A stretch of 64,000 nt of DNA from Marsupella aquatica (Eukaryota; Plantae; Marchantiophyta). Numbering within the stretch: the first letter of the stretch is position 1; every line of letters starts with the position of its first letter. The notes under the pieces were generated by a model that saw only the letters and a list, made by a program, of their open reading frames with translations, ran no database searches and was not told the DNA's origin. Positions 26,337 to 38,878 of the stretch are shown one piece after another. A program made the position numbers and the translations under genes. The stretch spans positions 24,984,709-25,048,708 of the forward strand of contig OZ316894.1 of the NCBI GenBank assembly GCA_973895155.1. The letters run 5' to 3'.

Positions 26337-29300
26337 TCAACTGACAATGTAAATACCACTCAGAGTGTAGCCACCAGTAGCACTCATTTGCATGTGGGGA
26401 TGTGTCCTCGATGGCAAAACCTGCACAACCCAACGTTCCATGTCACTAATGCTGGAATGGTGTGGTTCTCCCTCCCGAACAGATGAAACGAGTCATGAAA
26501 GCTAGAATTAGATATACATAGATGAGAAGGACACCTGGTATTCCCGGCTCCACTGCTCAGAAAGCTGTAAAGCCACAGCCATATTGTTGGCCTGAAGCTG
26601 ATGCATGCACTCTGCTAGTGGCTGTCCAAACAGAACAAGTTACCCTTAGTCATTACGCTTCGAGCTAATCCACTCGTGGTACATATAGTTCGGTTGGAAA
26701 TCAATCCAAGAGAATTCCCCCCTCCCCCCCCCCCCCCACCACACAATGCAAGCCAACCCTCTCAATTGAGTGATGATGCGTCTATCCAATCTGAATCTGT
26801 CACATGGCTTGCGGCAGTACATGATACAAGCTAGTGGGCATCCAAAAAGAGCAATGTAAGGAGAGAAAGTCACTTTTGCACCTGTTGGTATGAATGATAA
26901 ATGACGAATGGGGAAGAAGATGATAAGAGTGGCAGGAATTGCTCAGCAACAGTCCAAGGCTCGAGTTCTGGTGCAGCAACAAGTAGGCTGCAACATCAAG
27001 CAGAAATTTCCGTCAAGATTTCATTTATGTAAAGTTAGAAATCTCAACGTTCTCGTGAACATCTACATAAATATTTGTTATTGCAACTACCTGCAAGTTG
27101 AAGAGAGGAGATCAGAGCTAACTAAAAATATCATAAGAGGACAATTGGCTAATTTGGCATATACAATATGACTAACATACCTTGTAAAACCTTGACTAGC
27201 CCATCTATTAATTTCAGTGACACTTGCTTCCAAGCCCGGTCTAGCACCTTTGATCTTTTCCTCACTGAAAGAAGAATTGGATTCCACATTTACTGACTGT
27301 TCCATATCTAGCACCTGTTCTTCAGATTTCTTAGTATTCACGGAATCAGGATCAATGTCCATGCTTCTCAAATCAGAAGTATCACTAGTAGGTACTTGAA
27401 CACCATTGGTTTGGATGCCATCCTTTTCTAACGTTTTTGATGCTTCTGTCGTCGAGACATCATCTGTCGTGGACTTTTCATGTGCATGCTCTGTGATATT
27501 GGCCTCCTTCCCGTCCTCGATGCTATCAGGTTTGTTCGACTCCTTTAGTGAGTCCAATCCACCATTAAATCTTCTTCTTGCTTCAATAAGTGTTGCAACT
27601 GGAGAGCGCAACACACTGCAGAATTTCGAGGAACAACAGTTTTCCTTTAAACCTCTCATTAATTCAAAGAATCTGATCATGTTTGCGCTAACAAACATAG
27701 AAACGACAGATCTGATAAAATAAACAACAGGAACGGGTCACAATCCACCTTTTGGCAGTAGGATCATCAATATTTAAGAGTCGAACCATGTCTATCGTTG
27801 GTCGCTTAGCAGTATAATATGTACTGCAAACCGCACCATGACCTGCCAGACTCCAAACAAAGCCCCACTTCAGGCTCAGAAACCTCAACAAAGGAGTAGA
27901 GACTCATTCAAATAGTTTTGTAACCGACCAATCTGAAACACTAAGACAAAAACAGGCTCGGAGACCAGGCTGTAGAAAAGGTATCAACCACTCCTAAAAT
28001 GCCAAGGTTGGTCTCTATTCTACTCTGTGCATCAGGTCCCTTACCGCCAACACGCTCTGCGACTGCTGCTGTAATCAGACCTCCCAGTGAGTCGAGTACC
28101 AAAACATCAGAATTTGCTCCGACATTGCTGAGAGATAACATAAGAGCTAGAGTATCCATCCGACAAAATCTGCCAAAACATAAGAAACAATGTCTAAAAT
28201 CAACCTCGATTGTTTACATTCAATAAGGTTCAATTATACCCATCGAAGATAGTATCCAATTAGTTTCATTGTCAAATCCGCAAAGATCATTTTCATAGAA
28301 TTGAGGTTTGCAAGAACGGTACCCAATTTTGCGCGGATCCTTGGCGAAATACGCCTCGCATATACTGATCATTCCAGGACGAATAAAATCATAATCGTGT
28401 CCAGCATTCGCCCACTACTTGCAAGTATCACTGAAGTATCACTCAACAACTCAGACACGTGTTTGGAGTGCCAAACTGCAAAGCAAAACATCAATCATCA
28501 CTTGGAAGAGGGTCAATATTGACCTCCGTGCAGAGGGCCGTCTAAGAATTACGCGAGGGGCATATTTCTTTTGTTTCTTCCGCATATACTTCTCCTGTTC
28601 CAAGTGCAACACACGTTCAGGACAGCTGAAGAGAAATCAGCTCTGTTTTCTAGCATGAATAAGATATATTACCTAGCTGAGAGTGAAGACAATTCCTTAC
28701 CTGAGAGAAAGGGGTCTTTTGATCAAAGGACGAGCTGTTGGCTACAAGGGCATCAATAATCTGCCTTCCTGATGCACCATCCCTGCAGGTTTGGAAGAAA
28801 AATATATCGATTGATTAGCGCGAATCTTCAATCAGGCCGCTTCTTATTGGACCAGTAATTTGAGGAATATCATACGTGAGCCAAGGTCGTTCATGGTCAA
28901 TTTTAACAAACTGAGTAGAGGGGATCATTCATACTTGCGCATTCGCTCAATGTCTCCAGAAGATAGAGTTTGGGAAGTATTTGTGTCAATGAGGTTGCGA
29001 TTGTCCCTCTCTCTGATGTCTTCATTTTGTCCTGACTCATCCTTCTCATCAACCTCCGTACAATTGTCTGTACTCTTCACATCTGCAATAGAAGAAGTCA
29101 AAGCTCAGTATTAAGCATTTGAACATAGTTGCACTGTCTTTCAACCAAAAGGGAAAGTAAATTGCCATCCTGATAAATGATTATCTTCCTGAATTCAGCT
29201 TCATTGTGCATGTATTGGAATGCATGATTAAATAAATAAATATGCCCTTAATACTCACAAACAACTACATGCGTCATATGAACTTCACTGTAGGATGACT

Positions 29301-30245
29301 AAGAATTCCCAGACAGATTGATTGGATCACATGACGAAACAGAGGCTAGGACTTAGAAGAATGGATAACAATATTTCAAGAGACTGCGGGTGTAATCCTG
29401 ACAACATAGTTGATTTCCAGTGTTCGACTTGAGACCAAATATGATTGTACGATGACCAGAATTCCTCGTCTTCAATTTTTGCTAGTTAATCGCAGACCGT
29501 GAAAAACTTTGTTATGCCACTGGGCAGCATGTAAGACACTGCTGCAAGACAACGAAAATGGGGAGGAATTTTACCTAAGAGCACACTGATCACAACGTTC
29601 AATTACGACGAGCGACTCATCACATTCATCCTCAGTGATCAATATGAGCATAAATTATAGGTGGCTATAGTGTACAACAAAATACCCATCATTAAGAGAA
29701 GGAACCCAATGAAGAACTACAAAGTGTGGGGCGAGCCCTAAACCCTAAATAGAGCAGCGAAGAGATTAACCATGCATCATGTACCTGGTTCACTGGGATT
29801 TATTCTGACCAGCTTGGATTTCTGCATCTCGAAAATCGCTCCGAAAGGGGATCCAATGAGCGCTTCAAGAGAGCATTTGACGTTTGCAATTTTTAAAGTT
29901 CTGCCCGCGTTGCAGAGATAAGAACCACAACCACATGTCAGCCCCAAATGGATGAGCGGGTGGACTGATGCGATGCTGATATGAAATCAGCTGGGCATTT
30001 GAAAAATTCAGCACCCTTCACATCATCTGGTGCCCCTCCCATCTAATCCCACCTTCATGTACACAAACGGCACATCATCAAGTGAAAAACAAACGAGCAG
30101 CATTCTCCATATTGTTCGTTACTCACGAGTTGGCATGGAGTCGTGCAAAGGTCATCCGGTCCCCATCATTGATGTCCAACAATACGGAAGATCCCACCTC
30201 TGCAATGTTCCGAATCCTGCTCCTGGTCTGGCCATCCGTCGCCAT
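26337..30245 (-). CDS. TRM6: tRNA (adenine58-N1)-methyltransferase non-catalytic subunit TRM6/Gcd10, about 12 exons
   Basis: Spliced reading gives SVLLDINDGDRMTF; LIGSPFGAIFE; DNRNLIDTNTSQTLSSGDIE; KYMRKKQKKYAPRV; RMDTLALMLSLSNVGANSDVLVLDSLGGLITAAVAERVGG; and terminal SEQWSREYQVLPSRTHPHMQMSATGGYTLSG*. These are Gcd10p hallmarks. The introns checked are GT-AG. Confidence 0.93.
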
Positions 30246-31485
30246 TTTCCATGCACTGATCTCTTGCTGAGGCAGGATCGGAGCTTGTGCTTTCCCTTTC
30301 CTGCTTTGTCTTCTCTTCTGTTACGTCCTGCTGAATGCTGAGGTTTAGCCAGGGCTTTACAATTTCTAAATGACTGAGAAACCTTCCGTTTGTCGAAAGG
30401 CTCGGATATACTTTTTGAACCAGGATGGAGTGCAATGAAACTCTCTTTCTTCTCATATAGTATGTATTACCAGATGAGTGAAATGTGATAATAACATGAC
30501 GGTTATCTTTGAAAACTAGCCTCGTGGCCCCTTCCTTGAACTTAAATAGATATGAAATAAAAATTTGCACAATAAAATTTATATGCTCTTTTGGTTAGTC
30601 TTTGTCCCATCCTTAATTTTTTTGTCCATACTCATTTCAATTTTGTCTTTATTTAGAGTTGACCTTATTGAATTTCATTGTCTGTATTGGGAGTTATAGT
30701 CGAGAAGTTTCACTCTAGACCTAGGCACTTCAGAGTAGACTTAAGTTGACCCTTTTATACTAAAATTTGTAAGTATCATTCTCACTAGATTTGACAATAT
30801 AAGGCTCATCTCACTAGATGTGACATATGAGGCTCAGCTGAAACTAACAGCATTTCATGAAATTTGGCAGGATATGTGCCATGTATGGAAAGAGAGGGAG
30901 AGAATACTATTTTTCATACCTACCCTGAAATTACACAAAATTCTTCAATTATCTTTCAAACTAATTTAATCACAAAATTGCTCATACATTGCAGGAAATT
31001 GAAGCCTTGATGGACTTCCATGTTTGCCAAAAGGCTTGGATAGAAAGGCTTCACCCTAATGCAGCAAAACCCTTTTTCTATTCATATAACATGGATTACA
31101 CAAGTGAAATGTGGCTAGAAAACAAGGCAGTCACCTTTGAAATTTTACATGTCTCTCTATTCTCAATTAAATTGTTTGATTTTAATTTATTTTCATATTT
31201 CATTCATCTGTGTATTCTGTACTATATGAGCAAAAATAGGGTTTTTTGCAGTCCATCCTGGTTGTAAAAATATATCCTAGGCTTTTGGCAAACCTAAAGG
31301 TTGTCTAAGCTTCAATTGTTAATTGTGGGCATATGTTACTAATTTTGATTTGAAGGTCTGTTTAATGTGTACTGTATGAGCAGCAAGAGGGTTTTGTTTA
31401 GTCCATCATGGTTGTAAAAGGATATACTAGCCTAATGGCAAACCTAGACTTCCATCCTATCTTCAATTTCTAGTTTCAATTTTTA

Positions 31486-31762
31486 ATTACTTTGCCATTA
31501 TAGATGTTCAAATTGATAATATTGTCATTATTTTCTTTATATTTACAAATATGTCACTGTTTTGTACAAAAATGATAAGTTTAACAAAATAATCTTGTCA
31601 TGATTTTCTTTGTATTTACAAATATGTCACTGTTTTGGACAAAAATGATAAGTTTAACAAAATAACCATGATGGGAATATATGAAAACGTGACATATTTG
31701 TAAATACAACAAAAACAATGGCAGTTTTATAGATTAGAACATCTTTAGTGACAATGTAGTTA
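31486..31762. mobile_element. AT-rich MITE-like inverted-repeat element with an internal ~70-bp direct duplication
   Basis: Left arm agatgttc...tatttacaaatatgtcac.gtttt pairs with right arm aaaacgtgacatatttgtaaata...gaacatct. tttacaaatatgtcactgttttg.acaaaaatgataagtttaacaaaataa occurs twice. No TSD resolved. Confidence 0.55.
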
Positions 31763-32350
31763 TAATTTGTTTCTAGTTTTCCTTGAAATAATTTGTTTCT
31801 AGTTTTCCTTGAAATAATTTGTTTCTAGTTTTATGCATCAAGTTCCCAAAAACTAAAGGCGCCCAACCCCGGACACATGATAACTCACACAAAAAACCCA
31901 ATCAAGGGAGAAAAAGAAACGGGCAGAGAAGCCAAAGACCAGGGCAGAAGCCCAACACAAGAAAAACCAAAGGCACAACAAAACTAATCCATACCTATTT
32001 CGACAGGTTTGAGAGTAGGCTAGTAAGAAACGTTAGTGCAGAACGATGCTATACGAAACCAGGAAACCATTTGGGTAAAGCACACGAGTGATCACTAGGG
32101 TTTGCGTATTGTTTCGGAAGAAACTCCAATTCTCTCTCGTTTGTTCGTAAAAAGCTCGTCTCGGAGTCGCTCTCTTCAAATTGATCATCTTCGCGGTCTC
32201 CTTTCAATCTTTGCTTCGTAACAGTCACGAATCGTCCTCTTCTTCTTCCTCGAATGCCACAGTACATCAGTTCGATATCTTTCAAGGAATTGGGTGATTG
32301 ACGAGAAGATCAAAGGACTCGTGGGAGGGAGTTTGCGAAGGATCACAGCG

Positions 32351-35300
32351 ATGGCGGGTAAACGGAAGGCAGAAGGAATTGCATTGCTCTCGGTCTATGG
32401 CGGGGACGATGACGACGGCGCTTCGCAGGCTTCGTCGTCTGATGAAGAAGATGAAGACGATGAGCATCCCGAGCGGCCGCAGGACGCGAGCAATCTTCAC
32501 GCGGATGGAGACATTTTCGGCATCGGTGTTAGAGCGTTGGGTGGTGACGACGACGGTGAACCTCAGCCGGCCGGCGGTGAGATTGCTTATTTTAGGTTTT
32601 CTGACTGTCATCTCACGCTGTGGATGTTACGAAAATATCTTCATGCTTACACCCTTTTTGTCCGTCAATTCCTCTCACAGGTCAGACGTGAGGGCCTTCT
32701 GTCATGAGGACATCTGAAGCTGGGAAATTTCCAGTAAAGACTGTACAAGCCGTTTTTGTGACTTCTAAGCTCTGTACTGTTTGGAGCGTTTAATTGTTTC
32801 ATCGTGAGTCTCAGAGTTGTTTGGGGTCGAATGTTTTTCCATTGGCACCACCCTTTACACCAAATTCCATGCTTAGATCAGGATAGTGATATCAACCCGA
32901 GATTGCTGAAAATTATAAGTTTTCGTCAGTTTTTAATTTGAACTTTTGTTTTATATTCTTCATTTTGTAGTCACCGATTCTATTTTCAGTTATTTCTTTA
33001 AAGTGAGGTAGACTTCCGTCAATTTATCAGGAATTCTCGGTAGTAAGTAGGTTATCTCAACAGATATTACTTAAGGTTTCATCAATTTATATGGTTTTTA
33101 AAGGTGTTCCTTTTTCAATTTAGAATGCTTGCGCACAAGGGTCTGGCAGAATGTAAATTAGCTTACTTTACCTTTTGAATGACTGTCTTTGTTCAAGAGC
33201 GACCGAGCGGCACCCACACAACAAGTCCTGGAAATCTAGCAACTTTGCAACCTGACAATGCGGCAGAAGGCTCGACGCTTCAGCCTGCTGATGCAACAGA
33301 TATTGAAAATAAAAGTAGTGGAGCCGTGGAATGGGACGAAGTTCCTGAATCCGACACTATGGAGGTTGACACACTGAACGATTTCCTCCCACCCGTTCCT
33401 GCAGAAAAGTATACTGGTGAACTGCAGGTGAGTGCTTCAAATCGTATTCGTCGTTATTTATATTCTCTTTGGAGTGTTCCCTATCCCCGCTGTTTGTGAG
33501 CTTAGTAGAGGGCAAACTATACATTCAACTTGCCATCTCTCTCATTACAGCAGTTACTCGTGTTTAATGGCGCTTTTGCAGACAAAATTTTCCAAGTATC
33601 TGGCGTTGAAGAGAACTGGAAAGAGTCTCAACGAGCAACTGAGGAATACCAAGGGCTATCGCAATCCAGATTTTCTGCAAAGTGCTGTTCGGCATTACGA
33701 CATAGATCACATTGGATCATGTTTCAAAAAAGAAATATTTGATCCTCATGGGTACGATGCAAGCGATTATTTTGATGCAATAGGTGAGCTACAACATCGA
33801 TATGAAATTACTCGTGTGGATCACTTCTCTCAGAGTGGATTCGGGCTTTGATTTGTTTTAGCTGTCTATTGGCGTGCAGAAAAAGCGTCAAGGAACACAA
33901 CATCCAGTCTAGCTAAGTGGTGCAAGGAGTTCATTTTATTTCTTTTATATTTTGACAACGTAATTCGGTCACAGTAATCCTAATCGTAGTTCTGAGACGT
34001 AGCTATCCACACTTCTTCTAGGCCGTCAACTGTTCCAGATTGTTTTAATTAGGATGGGTGAGCTCCAAGTTTTCAGTATGTTGCTTTTGGATGCACGGAT
34101 TCTTTCTATGATTAACAACGTTTCCTTTGTTTCATCTTCATGATACATTTGAGGTCTAGAAGTCTAGATGAGAGTCGTGAAGGACTGGCATTATTGCAGT
34201 GGTATCGATTGATTTGTTCTTCTGTTCTGCATATGTATAGCCCTTGAAATCCGTCGAGAGGCAGAGAGGAAAGAACACGAAAGAAAGCAGACGCAAAGAT
34301 TAGATTTTGTTCGAAGCAGCATTCAAACTGCTGTAGCAGTGACGAAGCCTATTGTGCCACTTGTCCACAGAGGTATGGACTAGAACATCCCGGTGCCAAT
34401 TGCTAGCTTACGTAAATAGGTGCTGCCTTTGGTTACACATATCACTAGTGGATGTGGTCTCAAATATATAGTATATATGATACTATTTCTTGCCAATGTC
34501 TTGCCATGACGTCAGGTTGGGCTCCTAAATAGACTGCCGTTTTGTTGAAGTTGAGACCTGTGTAAACCTGCAGGCCGTCGAAGTATCTTGTTTCAATTTC
34601 CTTGTCTTTACTCTTTTGGTATGTTACAGCTTCTCTTCGTCCTGTGGATGTTGTTGACTGTCATCTGCCTGAAGATAAGAACATAGTGGAAGGATTCATG
34701 ATGCATTTCTTTGCTGCTGCTCGCAGTTATAACAATGACGAGTAGCGAGACAACTGTAAAGACAGAAGGACGGACAAGCAAGAAAAGCAAATGGGACAAG
34801 GTGAAGTTCAACTTTTTGTGGTTTGGTTTTTGTTTTTGTTTTTTTAGTGTAACTTAATATTTCCATCTATATAAGGGGTATACAAGCATAGTTGTATAGA
34901 GACGTTGTTCTCGTTTCCAACTCTTGACCTTGTTGGCAGGCCTAGAACTGGTATGCGTTGTTATCCATTAGGCAAATGATAAGAAAGTGGGAAGACCGAC
35001 TGAAATGACCTTGGGTGTGGAGTAGGTTGGGCTCCAATCCTGAGTTAGTGAAACGGCAGTTTGGTCCTAGTGAACAACACCTTGTTAGGCCTAAAATCAT
35101 CTCTGACTTCTCGTTTAAAATACCCGTTTCGGAGTTTAGGTGAAGGCGTAAAGTTTTTCCTATGTTCTTTCCGTTGTAATGTCAGTTAACCTATTTTCAG
35201 TATATATAGATGTTTGTCAATACTGCCACGCCTGACTGGTCTGTGATTGATAACGATAGGTTGATGTAGATGGGGGCCGAACAACTCAGTCAATTACAAG

Positions 35301-35748
35301 TGCCGCAGATGCTATTGCTGCAGCAAATGCCCATGCTGCCTTGTTGACAGCCAGTGCCAATGCTGGTGCAGGTTATGCATCTTTCGCGTAAGTATTTTTA
35401 ATTTGTTGCAGTCCTCAAACCAGAGATGTGGTGAATCGGCCTCTGATGTTAGAGATTGAAAAGTATCACCTTTTCCCTTTACTTGTGGTAGTTGTTTGTC
35501 ATGACAACGAGTCGTTAGAATTTGACGCTAGTGTTATTTCCAAAACATAGTTTGAAATTGACGAATTGGAAGAGAGAAGTCTCTCGATCATAGCATGGAC
35601 GTACTCTCAAATCTGCAACGGTGTTCGTCGTGTGTGTTGGTCTTACAGACAACAGCGTAGAAGGGAAGCCGAGGAGAAATCTAGAGCCATTGAAAAAGTT
35701 TCATTTTCTAGCACAAGCAAATCAGACAGGAGGATAGATAGGTCATAA
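32351..35748 (+). CDS. SAP30BP: SAP30-binding protein / HCNGP-family protein, 7 exons
   Basis: Phase-consistent exons 32351-32576, 33198-33427, 33582-33783, 34241-34372, 34727-34800, 35260-35387 and 35649-35748. Motifs: MAGKRKAEGIALLSVYG, FLPPVP, LNEQLRNTKGYRNPDFLQSAVRHYDIDHIGSCFKKEIFDPHG and KKSKWDK. Confidence 0.92.
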
Positions 35749-37262
35749 TTTCCATAGTTCATTTTTTGTATCATAACATCAACCAATCAACTAAGTCTAG
35801 AATACTTGTTAAATCGGAAAAGTTTGTATAAAAGAGCCTCAAGTTGTCCATTGTAGCCTCAATGAGTTGGTTCCCAAGCATATACGTATGTCTGTACTGT
35901 GGACGGCACGCAGTTATCTCAACCAGTTGGAAATTAAATTCATTTTAGCATTTTAGTAGAAAGTGCATGGCACAGCTATGGTGCAGAGTTTCTGTTTTCC
36001 AGCAGCGTAGGTCTCGCCGATCGTGACTTGGAACAATATAATTCAACGTGGCATGCGGAAGGGATCTTAGATGGGGTGGACAATCATTTTCGGAATCAGG
36101 CCCTAGAGTTTATAGACGGGCCTAAGTGGAGAGTTGCTTGCAAGAGTTGCCAAACTTTGAAATCCTCCTTATTGTTAGATAATTGTTTGACCGATGAGAA
36201 TTTTGGGTTAAACTTCAAGTTGGCACGAACTAATCTGAAAAATATCCTGGAAACTGGTAGCTGGTAGCGACAACTCTTACGACATCTATTGATAATGCAA
36301 TTCTCTAGCATAACCCAGACGATCCAAATTAGAGGCACCGTCCACCAAAGTCAGTCTTACTGTGGATGGTCGACCCTAAAAGTCGACCATCGAAGTCTCA
36401 ATCCCTGAAAAGGGAAAGGAGCATTTCAAGTAAACAGTAGGGAATGTAATGGCCATTTCTGTCACTCAATGCTAGATTTCCAAAATTAAACGTGCTGCAA
36501 GGAAAGAGTTCACCATCTCAGCAGGCCAAATCCTTTCTCTGGTATCATGGACAGTGTCGATTTGATTAAGACCCCTCGATCTACTCGACTCTGAACTGTG
36601 GAAATATAAGATCAACCGAGAATGAAATGGACAGAGAAAATCTTCTTGTCATTTTCGGTCTCCCAAAAATGGATTAAATCCTCGAGTGAGATAGACAGCA
36701 ATTGCAACTCCGCAGATTTGCAACCCTCGTCATATTGTCAAGGACGAATCCCTTGTAGATGGCATCTCCGCAGAGGAAGGTCATATAAAGATGGGGACAA
36801 CAGCCTTTTCAGTCATCTCAAGTCCCAAACTCACTGCATCTTGCTAGATATACCTTTTCTAGAACTTCTACTAGCTCTTTATTGTTCCTTGTGTAGTTCT
36901 AGCACCTCTCTTGTACCTCTCTCTGATACCCTGTATAAACCCTCTACCATCTGTTGTCACATTAAGGGCTCAATCGAACAATAAATATTGCCACTGCCTT
37001 TCTCTAATCTTACATACACCGTTGACAAGATCATACCCACACAATTTTCTTTTCTGCTGTCCATGTCTTTTTAACACTCGTACATACACCTGTAGTCTCA
37101 CTCAAATTCACACCGACATATTTTAATTCTCACTCCTCTACGTGGACCCACTCTATATTCACTTTTCTTCTACAATTTGTGAAGCTGTTACCTTAATGGA
37201 ATTACTTAGGCTGCCTTTCTGGATTGAAAGGTTTCACTGCCTTCAACATAGTTGTGTCGTCA

Positions 37263-37467
37263 TAATGGGGGTGGAAGGACCTGTGAGGTTCTTGTGACAA
37301 GCATCTGGTAGAATTAGTGATGGATAGGTTATGACATTAACCAGAGCTAAGTTGTATTCGTAGTTACAAGCTTCTACTATTGTATTGTGTTTGAGGAGGC
37401 TTTGAGAGTATATCGGGGCTGTTGATGGACCTCTGCCTCCCCTGCTCGAAGTGCGCTTTACCTTACA
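37263..37467 (+). mobile_element. Possible short solo LTR with degraded 5' end
   Basis: Ends in ...ccttaca and is flanked by the 5-bp direct repeat cgtca (37258-37262 and 37468-37472). The 5' end reads taat rather than tgtaat. Confidence 0.35.
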
Positions 37468-38878
37468 CGTCATGGAATAAATCTGTGCCATTTGATTTAG
37501 CAAAAATTTTAAGAATTAATATTGTTTTGCTTCTGTTAGAGAAATGCCTTTCTTTCTTGGATACTTTTCACTTCATTGGTTTCTGGGCCATGCACTTCTT
37601 TCAATTGTGAGTAGATGCAGAAAAGGACAAAAGTCTCAACTCTACTTCCTGCCTTCTTGGGATTCATCTACTTGATTTCTAAGTGCCAAAACATATTTTT
37701 ATCCCTCCATAGGTCTTGTGTCTTTATACACTTTATAATCTTGAATCACCCACAATCCATGCAGGAAACGTGTGTACTAAACCACAAGACGACAGTTAGT
37801 TACAAAAATAAAAGTAAAATTGGTCAAACAATGCCTTTTTTCATAATCAGATTGAGGATATTAAGAGCATACTACGTCTGAAGAAATGATATAAAGATAA
37901 ATTAGAAGAGCTACTTATGCATTGGCTTTTTCACTGCGAGTAGATGCTCTTATGTTCACTTTGACAACAACAGTGGAGTAGATGACACAACACAAGAATA
38001 CAAGGAGCACAGAACATGCTAAGTTGGAGTCAATTTGGGACATAATTGCGTACAATTCCTAGCAACTTGGAGTGTCCCAAAAAATGGATATGAGAAAAAG
38101 CCTAGAGCCCCACTTTCTAATGTACAATTCAAAACCTGGAATGCATTGTTCATAATTGAACTACAAAGTGTTGCGACAACACTCTTAACACACTGCCAAA
38201 GTCATCCTTACCAAGAGGCACTCTGCCACCTCTGCCAAAATAGTGTTGAGACAGTTTTCTAACACAATGACTTAACGAGTGTCTAGAAATGAAATTGAAG
38301 TCACATGAGTGTAAACTGTAGTGACGCAAAATGTGCAATTTTAGGAGCCCGCGAGGACCTAGTTCTTTGCAAAGGGTGCACAAAAAAGCCTAAAGAACAA
38401 TATGATTTTTCTAGGTCAAAATGCAGACAGATTCTTGAGTCCACTCTCTTCCTATCTTAAAATATGTCAACAAGTAGGCTGGTGGTCTGGAATTCTCAGC
38501 AAGGGTATATATCAAAGTACCAAAATCAATGTCCAATCAAGCCATTCTTCCACATTAGTCACTATCTAAGGAAACTAATCAAATATACACCAATGCTAGC
38601 AATGACAGTCGTAAATGCAAGAAGAAGAAAATCAAACGAATGTCAAGCAAATCTCACTTGAGAAACAAGTTGGGACATGCATCAATGAGATAAACAGGAA
38701 ATATCATGGGAGGAGCTGACCAAATCAAATGATAAGATGGGTACATACTGGAACTAAACCAAAAATGAGAAGAAGGAAGAGATGGAGATAGTGGCGAAAG
38801 GCTTTGTATAGGACAGATTAATAGAATGATATTTTGGAGCACCATATTTCTGCATTGAAGACATCGTGAGATATTTTG

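Noticed and set aside
36028-36984. Short ORFs downstream of SAP30BP
   Set aside because: No motif or splice-supported structure.
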